From positions 1 through 50,099 of the forward strand of contig JWZX01003266.1 of assembly GCA_001275005.1 (NCBI GenBank): DNA of 50,099 nucleotides. The letters are read 5' to 3'. This stretch comes from Chrysochromulina tobinii (taxonomy: Eukaryota). The notes under the pieces were generated by a model. The model saw only the letters and a program-made list of their open reading frames with translations. It searched no databases and was not told the origin of the DNA. Positions 1 to 10,251 of the stretch are shown piece after piece; positions within the stretch are counted from its first letter, which is position 1, and every line of letters starts with the position of its first letter. The position numbers and the translations under genes are program-made.

Positions 1-88
1 TACGTGACCAAGGAGGAGTTCTTCAAGTACTTTGTGACGGTGTACGTGTGCGCCAAGGACATGAGCGAGTTCCTCAACCCAAATGACG
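1..88 (+). repeat. Exact 88-bp direct repeat, copy 1 (copy 2 at 1507..1594); encodes the calpain domain tail
   Basis: tacgtgaccaaggaggag...aaatgacg is identical at both sites, in frame, 1506 bp apart. Confidence 0.95.
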
Positions 89-3000
89 GAAAACCCACAA
101 AGAGGCAGAAGACGAAGATCGAGCGGCAGCCCGAGGGCAAGCTCCTCAAGTCGGCCTCCTCGAGGGCGCCCAAGTCTATCGAGGAGAAGCTCGACTACTC
201 CAAAGCGGATGCGTCCAAGTGGATCTTCAACGAGGTCGTGTACAAGGGCGCCGCCGTCGCCGTCTCGGTGGGCCAAGAAGAGCGCGTGCAAGGCCTGATC
301 CGCGACGGACTGCGTAAGCTACGCGAGGAGCCGAGCAAGTACTTCGCGATCAAGTACCAAAGTAACATGGTCGACTGGCCTGAAGAGCACCAGGAGTACC
401 GCCTCATTCATCGCGAGGGCACTCTGGGGTACCAGCCACAGCGCCATCCCGACGGCTCGTTCACCATCCTGATGGCCGACTACCAACCGCTCCCATCGGT
501 GCCCAAGATGGTAGCCCGCGATATGGATGCGTCCACCGACGTGATGACCTTCCAGGGCTACACGCTGCATCACGCACGCAACCCCCCACTGTGCCCTGGA
601 CGTGGCATGGGGGTGTGCGATATGCCCTCGCTCAAGATCATCGGCGACGTCGACCCGAGCGACGTCAACCAGGGCTCGGTGGGCGACTGCTGGCTGCTCT
701 CGGCAATCTCGGCGCTCGCCGAGTTCGATGGCGCCGTCTCGACGCTCTTCCGCAAGACGCCCAACCTGGAGAGCATGCCCCACGAGCAGCCCAACAAGTA
801 CACGATCACGCTGTGGGACCTTGCGACCTGGAAGGAAGTTGATGTGGTGGTGGATGAGCGTCTCGCGAGCAAGGCGACGGGCGACGGGCTCCTCGGATGC
901 GCGCCTTCGATCGATGGCGAGCTGTGGGTGTGCTACCTCGAGAAGGCGGTCGCGGTCCACTGCGGCGGCTGGGACGAGATCGATGGCGGACAGTGCACGC
1001 ACGCGTGGAGTATACTCACGGGCTGCAAGGAGCAGTACACCATTCGGCGCGGCCCTTCGGGCAAGTTCGGGTGCAAGGGCATGTTCAACCCCAATGATGA
1101 GGTCTGGGAGCAGCTCGAGAACTCGCCGCAAAAGGGGTTCCGCGGGCTCTGGCCGAGTGCGTGGCCCAAGGTCGGCGGCGGCGGCGACTACACGCTCGAG
1201 CTCGACGAGGAGGAGCTCTTCACGCGCATGTGCGCGTGGGACGACGCCAACTACATCTTGGCGGCTGGCTCGAAGGCGGGCTCGGACACGGAGATGACGG
1301 ACGGCGTGGTGGACGGGCATGCATACTCTGTCATCGACTGCATCAACGATGTTGCGGGCACCGACGTTGATCTGATCAAGATGCGCAACCCCTGGGGCAA
1401 AGGCGAGCTCGAGCAGGGCCTGTTTGACGATGACGGCGCCGGCTGGGACAGGTACCCGGAGATCAAGGCCGAGCTCAATCCGGTCGCGGCCGACGACGGC
1501 ATCTTCTACGTGACCAAGGAGGAGTTCTTCAAGTACTTTGTGACGGTGTACGTGTGCGCCAAGGACATGAGCGAGTTCCTCAACCCAAATGACGAGAAAT
1601 CACTTAAGGCTGCTCTGGAGAATGCGGCTGCGGAGAATGCGGCGGCCGAGAAGGCGGCGGCGGAGAAGGCGGCGGCCGAGAAGGCGGCGGCGGAAAAGGC
1701 GGCGGCGGAGAAGGCGGCGGCGGAAAAGGCGGCGGCGGAGAAGGCGGCGGAAAGTGCGATCGAGGCAGAGGTGGAACTGCGAAGCGGCTCGCGTGGGCAA
1801 GCATTACCTGCAAAGCCCGTGCACGAGCAGCCCGACGTGGTGCCGACCACAGCATCCCACCCTCAGAAGCAGCGAGATGCCGCCCTTCTGGCCGAGAGAC
1901 ATTATGGTGCCGGATTGGAGGCAAGCAAGAGGGGTGAAACGGCTCGCGCCCTGGGTTACTTCGAGCAGGCTCTCAATGCCCTCGAGCAGGCTCACGAGCC
2001 TGAGCGCCCAACCTACTTGCTGAGCGCTGGCAATATGCATCTGAAGATGGGCGAGCCCGCCAAGGCTCTCAACCTGTACGAGAAGTGCCAACTTGCATGC
2101 CAGCTTCGGCCAATGACGTCCACCCAGACCGCGATCCTCGAGGAAAAGATGAGGCTTGCCCGCGACGCAATGGCGGCGGCTAAGTGGGCGAAGGAGAAGC
2201 GGGCCGCACTGGGCAGCCTTGCTCAAGGGGCAGGGGCCGAGCTGGGCACCCTTGCTGAGTCCACGCTCAAGTCCTTGACTCCACTTTGGCGACAAGTCCT
2301 CGGGGTGGCCGACCTCTTCAAGGAACCTAAGCCGCTGCGGTACAATATGCTACGCGACTCGCCTGCGGATGCCAAGTACAAGGTGTGCATCGTGCAGTTC
2401 AAGGTGCCCGGTGCCAAGAACGGTGGCTCGGACAAGGGTTTCGACGGAGACCGCATCGACTCGATTCCAATCGCTAATGGAGTGATCCAAGCGGGTGGGG
2501 CATGCGACTTAGTCCGGTTCGATTCAGACAAGAACAAGTACGATACCAGGGAGTTTGAGCTCCTCACCGCCAACTACGATGCGCTCATCGTGCGCATCAA
2601 TCAGGGTCAACTCTCGCAGGGCACGCCGGGGGGCACGCAGAAGCGCTTTGACGCGTTGATGAGCAAGTACGTTGCCAAGGGCAAGCTCGTGCTCGGCCAC
2701 GAAAACCAGCCGCTGCCGCCACTGCGGTCCGAGTTTACTGTCGGCGAGTTTATTTGCTCTAGCCGCCTTGCACAGCTTACTACAAATAAGTTCCAGGCCG
2801 TGTGCGGCGGCGATAAGACGCTTGCCGACGTGCCCGATGAAGATTACTATGAGGCGTCCGTACTGACGGACTTGATGGGCGTCAAGGTCATCGAGATGCT
2901 CGAGGCGAGACTGCCATGCCTCAACACACAGACCTCGATGGCAAGCAATGGGCCCGACGCTGAGGTGTCGTTGCTCTCGACGCAAGAACGAGGAGTCCGC

Positions 3001-3629
3001 GAGGTCAAGATTGGCAGTGCATGTGCGTCGGCAGCAGTTCCATCCGCCCAACCTAACTCCCTGCGCGCGCGCACCCTTTCAGAAGCTGCCTCCCTCGCCT
3101 ACCTTCAAGGCATTCCCCCGCCAGCACTAATGCATGCTGTGCGCCGCTGCACAGACGCGGGCCTCGGCGGCACGCTCGAGCGGGGCGATGTGAACGTGAT
3201 GGGCAACCTCGGCCTCAACATAGTGCGCTTCGAGAACCAGGAGTATGACGTGGCGGTAGGCGTGCACGCGGGTACGTGCGGGGCACTCGAATGCAGTCGA
3301 CGCCATACGTGCACTCGACCCTTGAAATGTGTGACGACTCTGTTGCTTCGAATCTCGCTCGCTATGTTGCGACACTATTGTGTATACGATCGAATCTGGT
3401 CTCGGCAGATACCGGCGTCTCGCTCCAGGACGGCAAGAAGCGTTTCTATCTGCTTGGGATGGGAGGCGAGGCAGAGACGGCCGTCAAAGGATCTCTGGTT
3501 TCGTGGGGTTTTGGCGCCACGCTCTTCAAGTTCAATGCCAAACCGAAGCCCCAGCCGAAAGATAAGAAGCGCTTTGGCTTTATCACAGATGCGCTGACCT
3601 ACCAACAATATCCACCATCTGTTTTGTGA
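1..3629 (+). CDS. Multidomain calpain-family cysteine protease, 5'-partial: calpain catalytic domain, (AAAEK)n linker, TPR-like helices, truncated Cj0069-like domain, unknown C-terminus. Probable intron 3272..3408
   Basis: Calpain triad motifs QGSVGDCWLL, GHAYSV and RNPWG. The window starts in the tail of an identical upstream calpain copy. GT at 3272 and AG at 3407-3408 join the ORF to the 3276..3629 frame (VGVHA-DTGVSLQ); other introns are possible. Confidence 0.8.
1625..1752 (+). repeat. 15-bp coding minisatellite (AAAEK)n
   Basis: gcggcggcggagaag-type units repeated about 8 times. Confidence 0.9.
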
Positions 3630-4597
3630 TAGTGTGATTCTCTTTGGATGGCTGACGACGCATGATCACGCGAGGTGGCTGCTTGCGTGGCGGGGCTTTC
3701 GGGTTTGACACATGCCGCGAGGATGGCCACGCAGGGCAGATCGAAGGCGGGAGGGGGTGGGACTCACAGTTTTAATGCTTGGGTTGGACATCGCTAAACG
3801 GTTGCGGCTTGCGCGTTGGCCTGCTACCCGTCGTGCGGGCAATGACGTTTTAGGTGCAGGTGTGCGGCACCCACCTCGGAGGTGGCCGGAGTCGGTATCT
3901 GAGATGTGGTTGCTGTATACAGCAACGTATGTTTGGAAATTACACTTGTGGGGCGCCGCTTCGCGCTTGTCCGGTCGTTGGAGCTTGGAGGCGCGCCAGC
4001 GCCCAGCCGCCCGGCCCGCAGGCCATGCCGCAGGCGCAGCCATGGGCGCAGCGCGCCACACTCAGGAGCCCACACGCGTCGCAGTCGCCGCAGCTAAAGT
4101 GCTGAATTTTACTGTTCAGCTGTACGGTGGGGTGTACTACTGCGCTGACCGCTGTACCCTACACGTACAACTGTTTCGAGAATCACGCACTGTTGTGATC
4201 CGTCAACCGAACGACGGGTACGCTCGTGCATACAAGTGCATACAGCTGTAGCCTGTTACCGTAGTACGCCCCAAGTCGAGTGGCCAAGACGCCGCATCGG
4301 CCATTGGTGGACACCACCGAACCGCCCAGCGCCCTGAAGCCGTGCCGTACAAGCTCGACAACAGTGCCAAGACACCCATGCATTGCCATGCTCCAAAGCG
4401 CTCTGGTTGTGATTCAGCCTGAACCCTGAAGTGATATCTAAACGAGCCTCGTTCCTCATCCTGGCTCGATCCACCTATTCACGGCACATGACTCATGAGT
4501 CGAGCCACCCGGGAACACGGCAGGCACAGCCGCACAGGCATCCGCCCGACGCGTTTCAAACCTCGTTGATCTCAACAAAGTTACACTCATCGTCTGC

Positions 4598-5267
4598 CTA
4601 GCGATCCATCACCATTGCAGCGATGCCAACCGCCCGATCCATGTTACCCAGCTTGGCGTTAACATCAGCGAGCTGCTTGCGCAGCTCTTCATTTTCGGCT
4701 TTAGTCTTTTGAAGCTCCTCAGGTGTCACTCTGTACTTATTTGCACGACTGATCATCCTCGGCAACTTTGGCTCATGGTATCTGCGAGGCCCGTTCAAAG
4801 GCAGCTGGCATCCGAATTTCGGGCAGCAGCTGAAGCCAAGGATCTGTGACAAGACAGCCATGGTACGCGCATGTAACTGCTAATGTCGCCGCAGCGAGGG
4901 GGAGAGAGGAGAGGAGGTCGATTCGAGGGCGGCTCACCGCGAGGTTGTCCCAATCCTTCAGATACTTGCCCTTACCACAGGGGCACGTAACAACATTGTA
5001 GAAGCAGAGGCAGCGGCACCAAGAATTGCAGCACGAAGTGGGTGCTTTGCAACCGATTGAACAGCACAACAGCCCGAAATTGCAGCACTCGCCCTTTGCC
5101 CAATCGGGGACGCAGCTGGGTGAGCCAAGGCTCCGCTCGTCACACGTGCAGAAGAAATCAGTCGTCACGCAAAGCACTTCGCCTTGACCCTTACAGCACA
5201 CAGGGATGTACTTCCAGTCGCACCCGTCTGCGTAGCAGAAGAATGCATTACAGACGGGAGGAGCCAT
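4598..5267 (-). CDS. Cysteine-rich protein with C-terminal coiled coil; 2 exons (4938..5267, 4598..4843), 191 aa
   Basis: Intron 4844..4937 (GTGAGC...CACAG) joins two ORFs in frame: KDWDNLA|ILGFSCCPKFGC. Dense Cys clusters (CCKG, CCNFGLLCC, CCNSWCRCLC). Confidence 0.75.
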
Positions 5268-5473
5268 GGCAACTGACGCCAATGGCCGGTCTAACCTGTG
5301 CCGGTGCAGTGTGCACTGAACGCAAACCTGAACCTGTACACAAAGCAGAGGAGGTGAAACTACCGTACCGGTAAAACTACCGGGTGAGGAGCTCATTGCA
5401 ACTCGTCAAAGTGACGTGAATGTGGCAGTGGATGATACACCCGTCCGCGCGTGCCCACCATGGCGCGCCGACG

Positions 5474-7141
5474 ATGGGCGCCGCATTAGCGACCCCGACC
5501 GACGCCGAGCTGGACGGGCTTCCGCACTGGCCGTCGGACGAGCGAACGGAGCTGCGCTGGGCCGTCGAGATCGAGACGTGGCACCCGGGCGCATGCGAGT
5601 GGCGCTTTCTCAATGCGTTGCTACCTACGGTCGAGCAGACTGCTATCGCAAAGTACCGTTTCCCTGTCGACCGGCGGCGTGCGCTGGTGAGCCGCCTTCT
5701 GCAGCGCCGGTGCGTTGCGCATGCGCTTGGCATACCGGATGAGCGCGTTGTAATCGCACGTACCAAGGGCAACAAGCCTTTTGACGCGACGCACGTGCTC
5801 GGTCAAGAGGAGACTCCGCAGCAACAGCCTCCGCAGCCACAGCCTCCGCAGCAAAAGCCTCCGCAGCGTGGCAACTTCAATTTCAACGTATCGCACGAGG
5901 GCCACTGGGTGGTGCTCGCGAGCGACCCTGCGCTGCTCATTGGCGTTGACGTCTCCGCGCCCTTCGAGCTGCGCGGCGGCCCTAAGCTCGGTGACTATGC
6001 CGAGGTGCGCGAGACCTTTGGCAGCACTCTCTCTGCTGAGGAGTGGGAGCTCGTGGAGCAATCTGAAGCGGACAGCGAGCGCGTGACGGCTTTTCGACGC
6101 GCGTGGTCGCGCAAGGAATCGTACGTCAAGGCGCGTGGCGATGGACTCGCCTTCGAGCTCGCACGCGTAGAGTTTCGGCCGTGCCGCCTGCCCATGCCAG
6201 CTCACGCGCCTGCCGTGCCTGCCGTGCCTGCCGTGCCTGCCGCGCCTGCCACGCCTGCCGCGCCTGCCGCGCCTGCCGCGCCTGCCGCGCCTGCCGCGCC
6301 TGCCGCGCCTGCCGCGCCTGCCGCCTCTGCCGTAGCCGCGGCCGCGGTTACGGCCGTCGCCGCACCGTCGAGCGAAAGAGAAGGCGCGGTCGCGAGGCAC
6401 GCCTCGGAAGCCGCTGTGGCGGGTGCAGCGGCGGTGGCGGCGGCGGCAGCGGCAGCGGCAGCGGTTTCGGCAGTGGCGGTGGCGCGAGGGGCGGACACAG
6501 TCTCCGCGGGGGGAGAGCCGATGCGGATGAGGGAGATGACGTGGGCGCATCTGTTGGTGGACGAGAGCTTTGCGACACAATGGCGGTGCTCAACGGTCGA
6601 ATTGCCGGACGGACACCTCATCTCAGTTTCACGAGGTCCTGTGAAGGACGCCATGGACTCACACGGGAGATTTCGGAGCTCGCTCGAGCGGCAGGCGCTG
6701 CCGGATGGGGAAGTGCGTGCGAGGCTCGCCTCTCCGCCGTTGCCCTTTCGGCACCTGAGTTTGCGCGATCTAGTGCCTCCCGCGCTGCGGCCGGCGTACG
6801 AGGTGGCCGTTGAGGCCGATCGCCGCTGGCCGGAGCTGCCGCCACACCTGCGGCCCCAGCTTCCGAAGTACAGCCCTTCACCGCCGCCGCCACCGCCTCT
6901 GGACCGGACGATGGGTGGCCCCTCATTCATGCCCCCACGGATGGGAACAGAGTCGCCTTCACCCCGGGCACCAAGCGCCGACGACCTGCCCACGTGGTTC
7001 AATCCCGCCAACGCCAACGCGAGGGCGGCACGTAAGACGGCACGGGTGGATGATCGATTTGATATGGTGGATCAATTTGGAGGACGGCCGGCGGCCGCGC
7101 CGCGCCCGCGCCGTCCCCTCGCGTTTTCATCATCATTTTAA
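5474..7141 (+). CDS. 4'-phosphopantetheinyl transferase (Sfp/AASDHPPT type) with low-complexity Pro/Ala insert
   Basis: RTKGNKP, FNFNVSHEGHWVVLA, IGVDV and WSRKESYVKARGDGL motifs. Start codon uncertain (ORF open from 5420). Confidence 0.88.
   Translation: MGAALATPTDAELDGLPHWPSDERTELRWAVEIETWHPGACEWRFLNALLPTVEQTAIAKYRFPVDRRRALVSRLLQRRCVAHALGIPDERVVIARTKGNKPFDATHVLGQEETPQQQPPQPQPPQQKPPQRGNFNFNVSHEGHWVVLASDPALLIGVDVSAPFELRGGPKLGDYAEVRETFGSTLSAEEWELVEQSEADSERVTAFRRAWSRKESYVKARGDGLAFELARVEFRPCRLPMPAHAPAVPAVPAVPAAPATPAAPAAPAAPAAPAAPAAPAAPAASAVAAAAVTAVAAPSSEREGAVARHASEAAVAGAAAVAAAAAAAAAVSAVAVARGADTVSAGGEPMRMREMTWAHLLVDESFATQWRCSTVELPDGHLISVSRGPVKDAMDSHGRFRSSLERQALPDGEVRARLASPPLPFRHLSLRDLVPPALRPAYEVAVEADRRWPELPPHLRPQLPKYSPSPPPPPPLDRTMGGPSFMPPRMGTESPSPRAPSADDLPTWFNPANANARAARKTARVDDRFDMVDQFGGRPAAAPRPRRPLAFSSSF
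6207..6325 (+). repeat. 9-bp minisatellite (gcgcctgcc)n encoding (PAA/PAV)n
   Basis: About 13 tandem units visible. Confidence 0.9.
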
Positions 7142-7691
7142 CATGCATTTTAACGAGTATTGATTGCCGGAAATTGTCTGGACCGTCCGCGGGGAGCGAA
7201 ACTTGACACTGGGTCTTACATTTCATTTCCTGCAGCAACTGGTACGGTTCAAAAACAGTTCAAAAACAGTAAACACCGGGGGCTCCGGGGGGAGGCAGCG
7301 CCGGGGACACGCACGGGACACACACGGGACCAAACGGGGAGCGGAGCCGTCCTTAGAGACGCTGTGGTGAGCGCGGGGGGACCGCGACGGCTGGTCGCAT
7401 TTAATTGGTCGCATTCCAAGCTAAAGGGGCTCGGGTTTTCGAAGCTACAAGCTTCCGGGACGAGGGGGGGGATAGGCGGATGAATAACCATTGTACTAAC
7501 GTACCGCCCCAGCGCGTGTCGAATTTAATTCGTCGAATAACCATTGCGAATAACGGTGTCGAAGCAACGCAAAATGCAATTGGCAAAATGCACTGGTCTC
7601 TGGTGGCCGTCAGACTGCGCGAGATTTTTGACCTTGGTGGAGGGCTTCAACACTCAGGTAGTTACCCTATGGTGTTTCAACATAGTGTCAG

Positions 7692-9553
7692 TCAGAGCTC
7701 GCGCGTTATACAAGTACCCGTAGACACCGGTCTTTTCATATTTATATGTATCGAAGCGGGAAGCGCATTGGAAGCCTGTATTGACTTGGACTTAGAATTG
7801 AAAGAGGAAGTTCCGAAGAATTGACTTGTCTGACTGGGCTCGATGCTGGGGAACAGCCCTGAGGTGTGTTGAGCGCGGGAGGACCGCGACGGCGGCGGTA
7901 CGTTGTGAGGGACGTTGCCGGCGTGGGCGATCTGCAGTGGAGCTGACACAAGCAGTGCCTGTCCACCTGGGGCGCCTTCAGCGGCGACGGTCACATGCGA
8001 TGGTGGCGGTGACGGTGTGCGTTCTGCGGTGCGCATTCTAGCATCCTCACCGGGAGCCACTTCTGGCGCAACAGGTGCGGCATCGGACGCTTCTGAGCCA
8101 TTTCCCGCCAGCCGTGGTACTAGCACGAGCATGGTCGCCAGTGCACTCGCAAGTAGTTGAGCTGACATAGCCGGAGGCAACATGAGGCCAGCGCCCTGCA
8201 TGTTGGGTACAACGAGTTGGACGCCCCCCAACGAGAGCATCACAAGGCACGCGCTAAACCACTGCACCTGCGACGGCAGTGCCAGGTGGTGCTCGGCGTC
8301 TCCTGCGCCCACCACGGGTGCTCCAGAGACGACTGCGGCTGGCCGCCGACGTGCACTTTGCAGTGCGCCGACGGCATCGAGGACCATATCATCAGCGGCG
8401 CCGCTCGTGGTGGCCGGCGAATCGTACAACCCTGGTGCGGCTGCGGCTGTCGACAACGGCTCACGAACACCTGCTGTGAGCCGGCGCTGGTACTTGGAGA
8501 CGTGCGCCACCCTGTGCGGGATTCGAGAGAGACAATATGAGACGTGTGTTGGCAGGAAGTCCACCTGCACTCGTAGAATACGCTGTGGGTCCTGGTGGGC
8601 TGAGCGCACCCATCGTGACGGCGCTGCTCCTTGAGGCGACGCAGCTCGTCCTCGGCCATTGGCGCGCACGTCATGCAATGCACGCACGCAAGTGCGCGGG
8701 CTCGAGCAAAGGGACCACGGCGACATGTGCCACATGACCACGAGGGCTCCTGGTCGCGCGCCACCACTGGAAGGCTCAGGGCCTCAACGCGGGTCACGAC
8801 GATGCAGGTTCCAATGTTTGTGAACACGTGGAGCTCCGGCGGCAGCACGCCATCCTGGAGAGCCACGCATACAAACGAACCCTCGGGCGGCAGAAAAAGG
8901 TGATCGTTCTCCTCGGCGGAGGGAACACGAGCAGGCGACGGCGGTGGCACAACCTCATGCTGGCAGGCCCTCGGCGCCAGGCCATCCACCGCCTGGTTAG
9001 CAATACGTGTGTCTCGAGCGAACGCGTCGCCCTCGGCCATGACTACGTCGCCATCCACTTCAGTTGCCTCCCCTTGCTCCAAAGTGGGTGTCGGCACGGG
9101 CATGTGCGATGGGGTAGGCGCAAGAGAGGATGATGAAATATGCGTAGGTGCTTCTGAGAGCACGTGCATCTCGCCCGCGCGAACGCCCACGTCACTCCCA
9201 AAGTCGATCGCCAAAGAGGAGCCTGAAATTTGGACTGCTTCAGTTGCCGTGAGAGCGGGTGCGGACCCTGTGCCCGAGCGCTTGGCATGGCGGGAATCGA
9301 CGGAGGGAGAAGTGTGCCGCTTGTTCTCGCTGCGTGCCTTCGTACATGTGTGCTTCAGACGCCTCGTAGGAGCCAGGCAGCCCGGGCAGCTCGTATCGAC
9401 GGGCGCAACCACGTCTGGGGTGATGACCAGTTCTTGACTCTCGGTCACACGGATGGGCGTGGTGGGTGGGTGTTGGGGTGCGACCTCGAGCGAGCGTGAG
9501 GGTGACCGTGAGCGCACAGAAGCGCCATCTGGTGCGCCGTTGAGAGTGTCCAT
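7692..9553 (-). other. Poorly defined hypothetical or degenerate coding region with Cys/His clusters, split over two overlapping frames
   Basis: ORF 8240..9790 (CPGC...HTC; CGTC...CVHC..C) overlaps ORF 7692..8741. No recognisable family. Confidence 0.3.
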
Positions 9554-10251
9554 GAGTGTCTCCGAGAGAATTTTGGTGCAGGGGCGCTGAAACAGAAAAC
9601 TCGAAACAGAACTTCCAATAGGTACCAAAAAAGGGATGTGGTGAATGAAATGCATGCAACTTTGGCAGGCGCGCTCCGTGCACCAGCGTGTCCCCAGACG
9701 CTCATCTTCGGCCGACCGAAGGCCACACACCGGCCCAAGGCAACGCACGCGTGAGCCGTGAGCGCGGGCACGTACTCCCCCACCCCTCATATCACATTAG
9801 GGCGCGGAGGTGGAGTGAGCGGGGGGGACCGCGACGAAACTGACTGACTGACTGACCATAACATTCCGTTCCCGGATCCCCATCCCGCGCTCACTGCCCC
9901 TCACCCGCGCTACCAACCGCGCCGGCCCCGCGCACCCGCTCCGCGCGGCGCACGACGACAAACGCGGCGGAGCCACTGAGAGACTCCGACGGGACACAAT
10001 TTTGGCCGGTACATGATTGCACATGCACATGCATGGCATAATGGTTTCCCCCGCCCGCCGGCGCATCTGCTGCTCACGTCGAGCTGTTGTGCCTGCAGCC
10101 CTTGACATTGTTCGCACCTGAAGCGCAACCAATCTAGCGCGATCTAGCGCTATCGCGCTAGAACCCACCGGCCGACGACCCGGCCCACCGCTCCAGCGTC
10201 CAGGGGCGGCGGTCTCTGTTCCGCGAATATCTCGGATATGCCGTGCGGGAC

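Noticed and set aside
1625..1752. Regular short repeats here and at 6207..6325 and 41170..41215 considered as a CRISPR array
   Set aside because: No unique spacers; they are in-frame coding minisatellites in a eukaryotic context
3666..4480. ORFs and short palindromes (ctgtatacag, tacagctgta) in the intergenic gap
   Set aside because: No coding signal; the palindromes are too short to be significant
5474..7141. PPTase as a marker of a PKS/NRPS cluster
   Set aside because: No KS, ACP or adenylation domains in the window; it appears to be a stand-alone housekeeping PPTase
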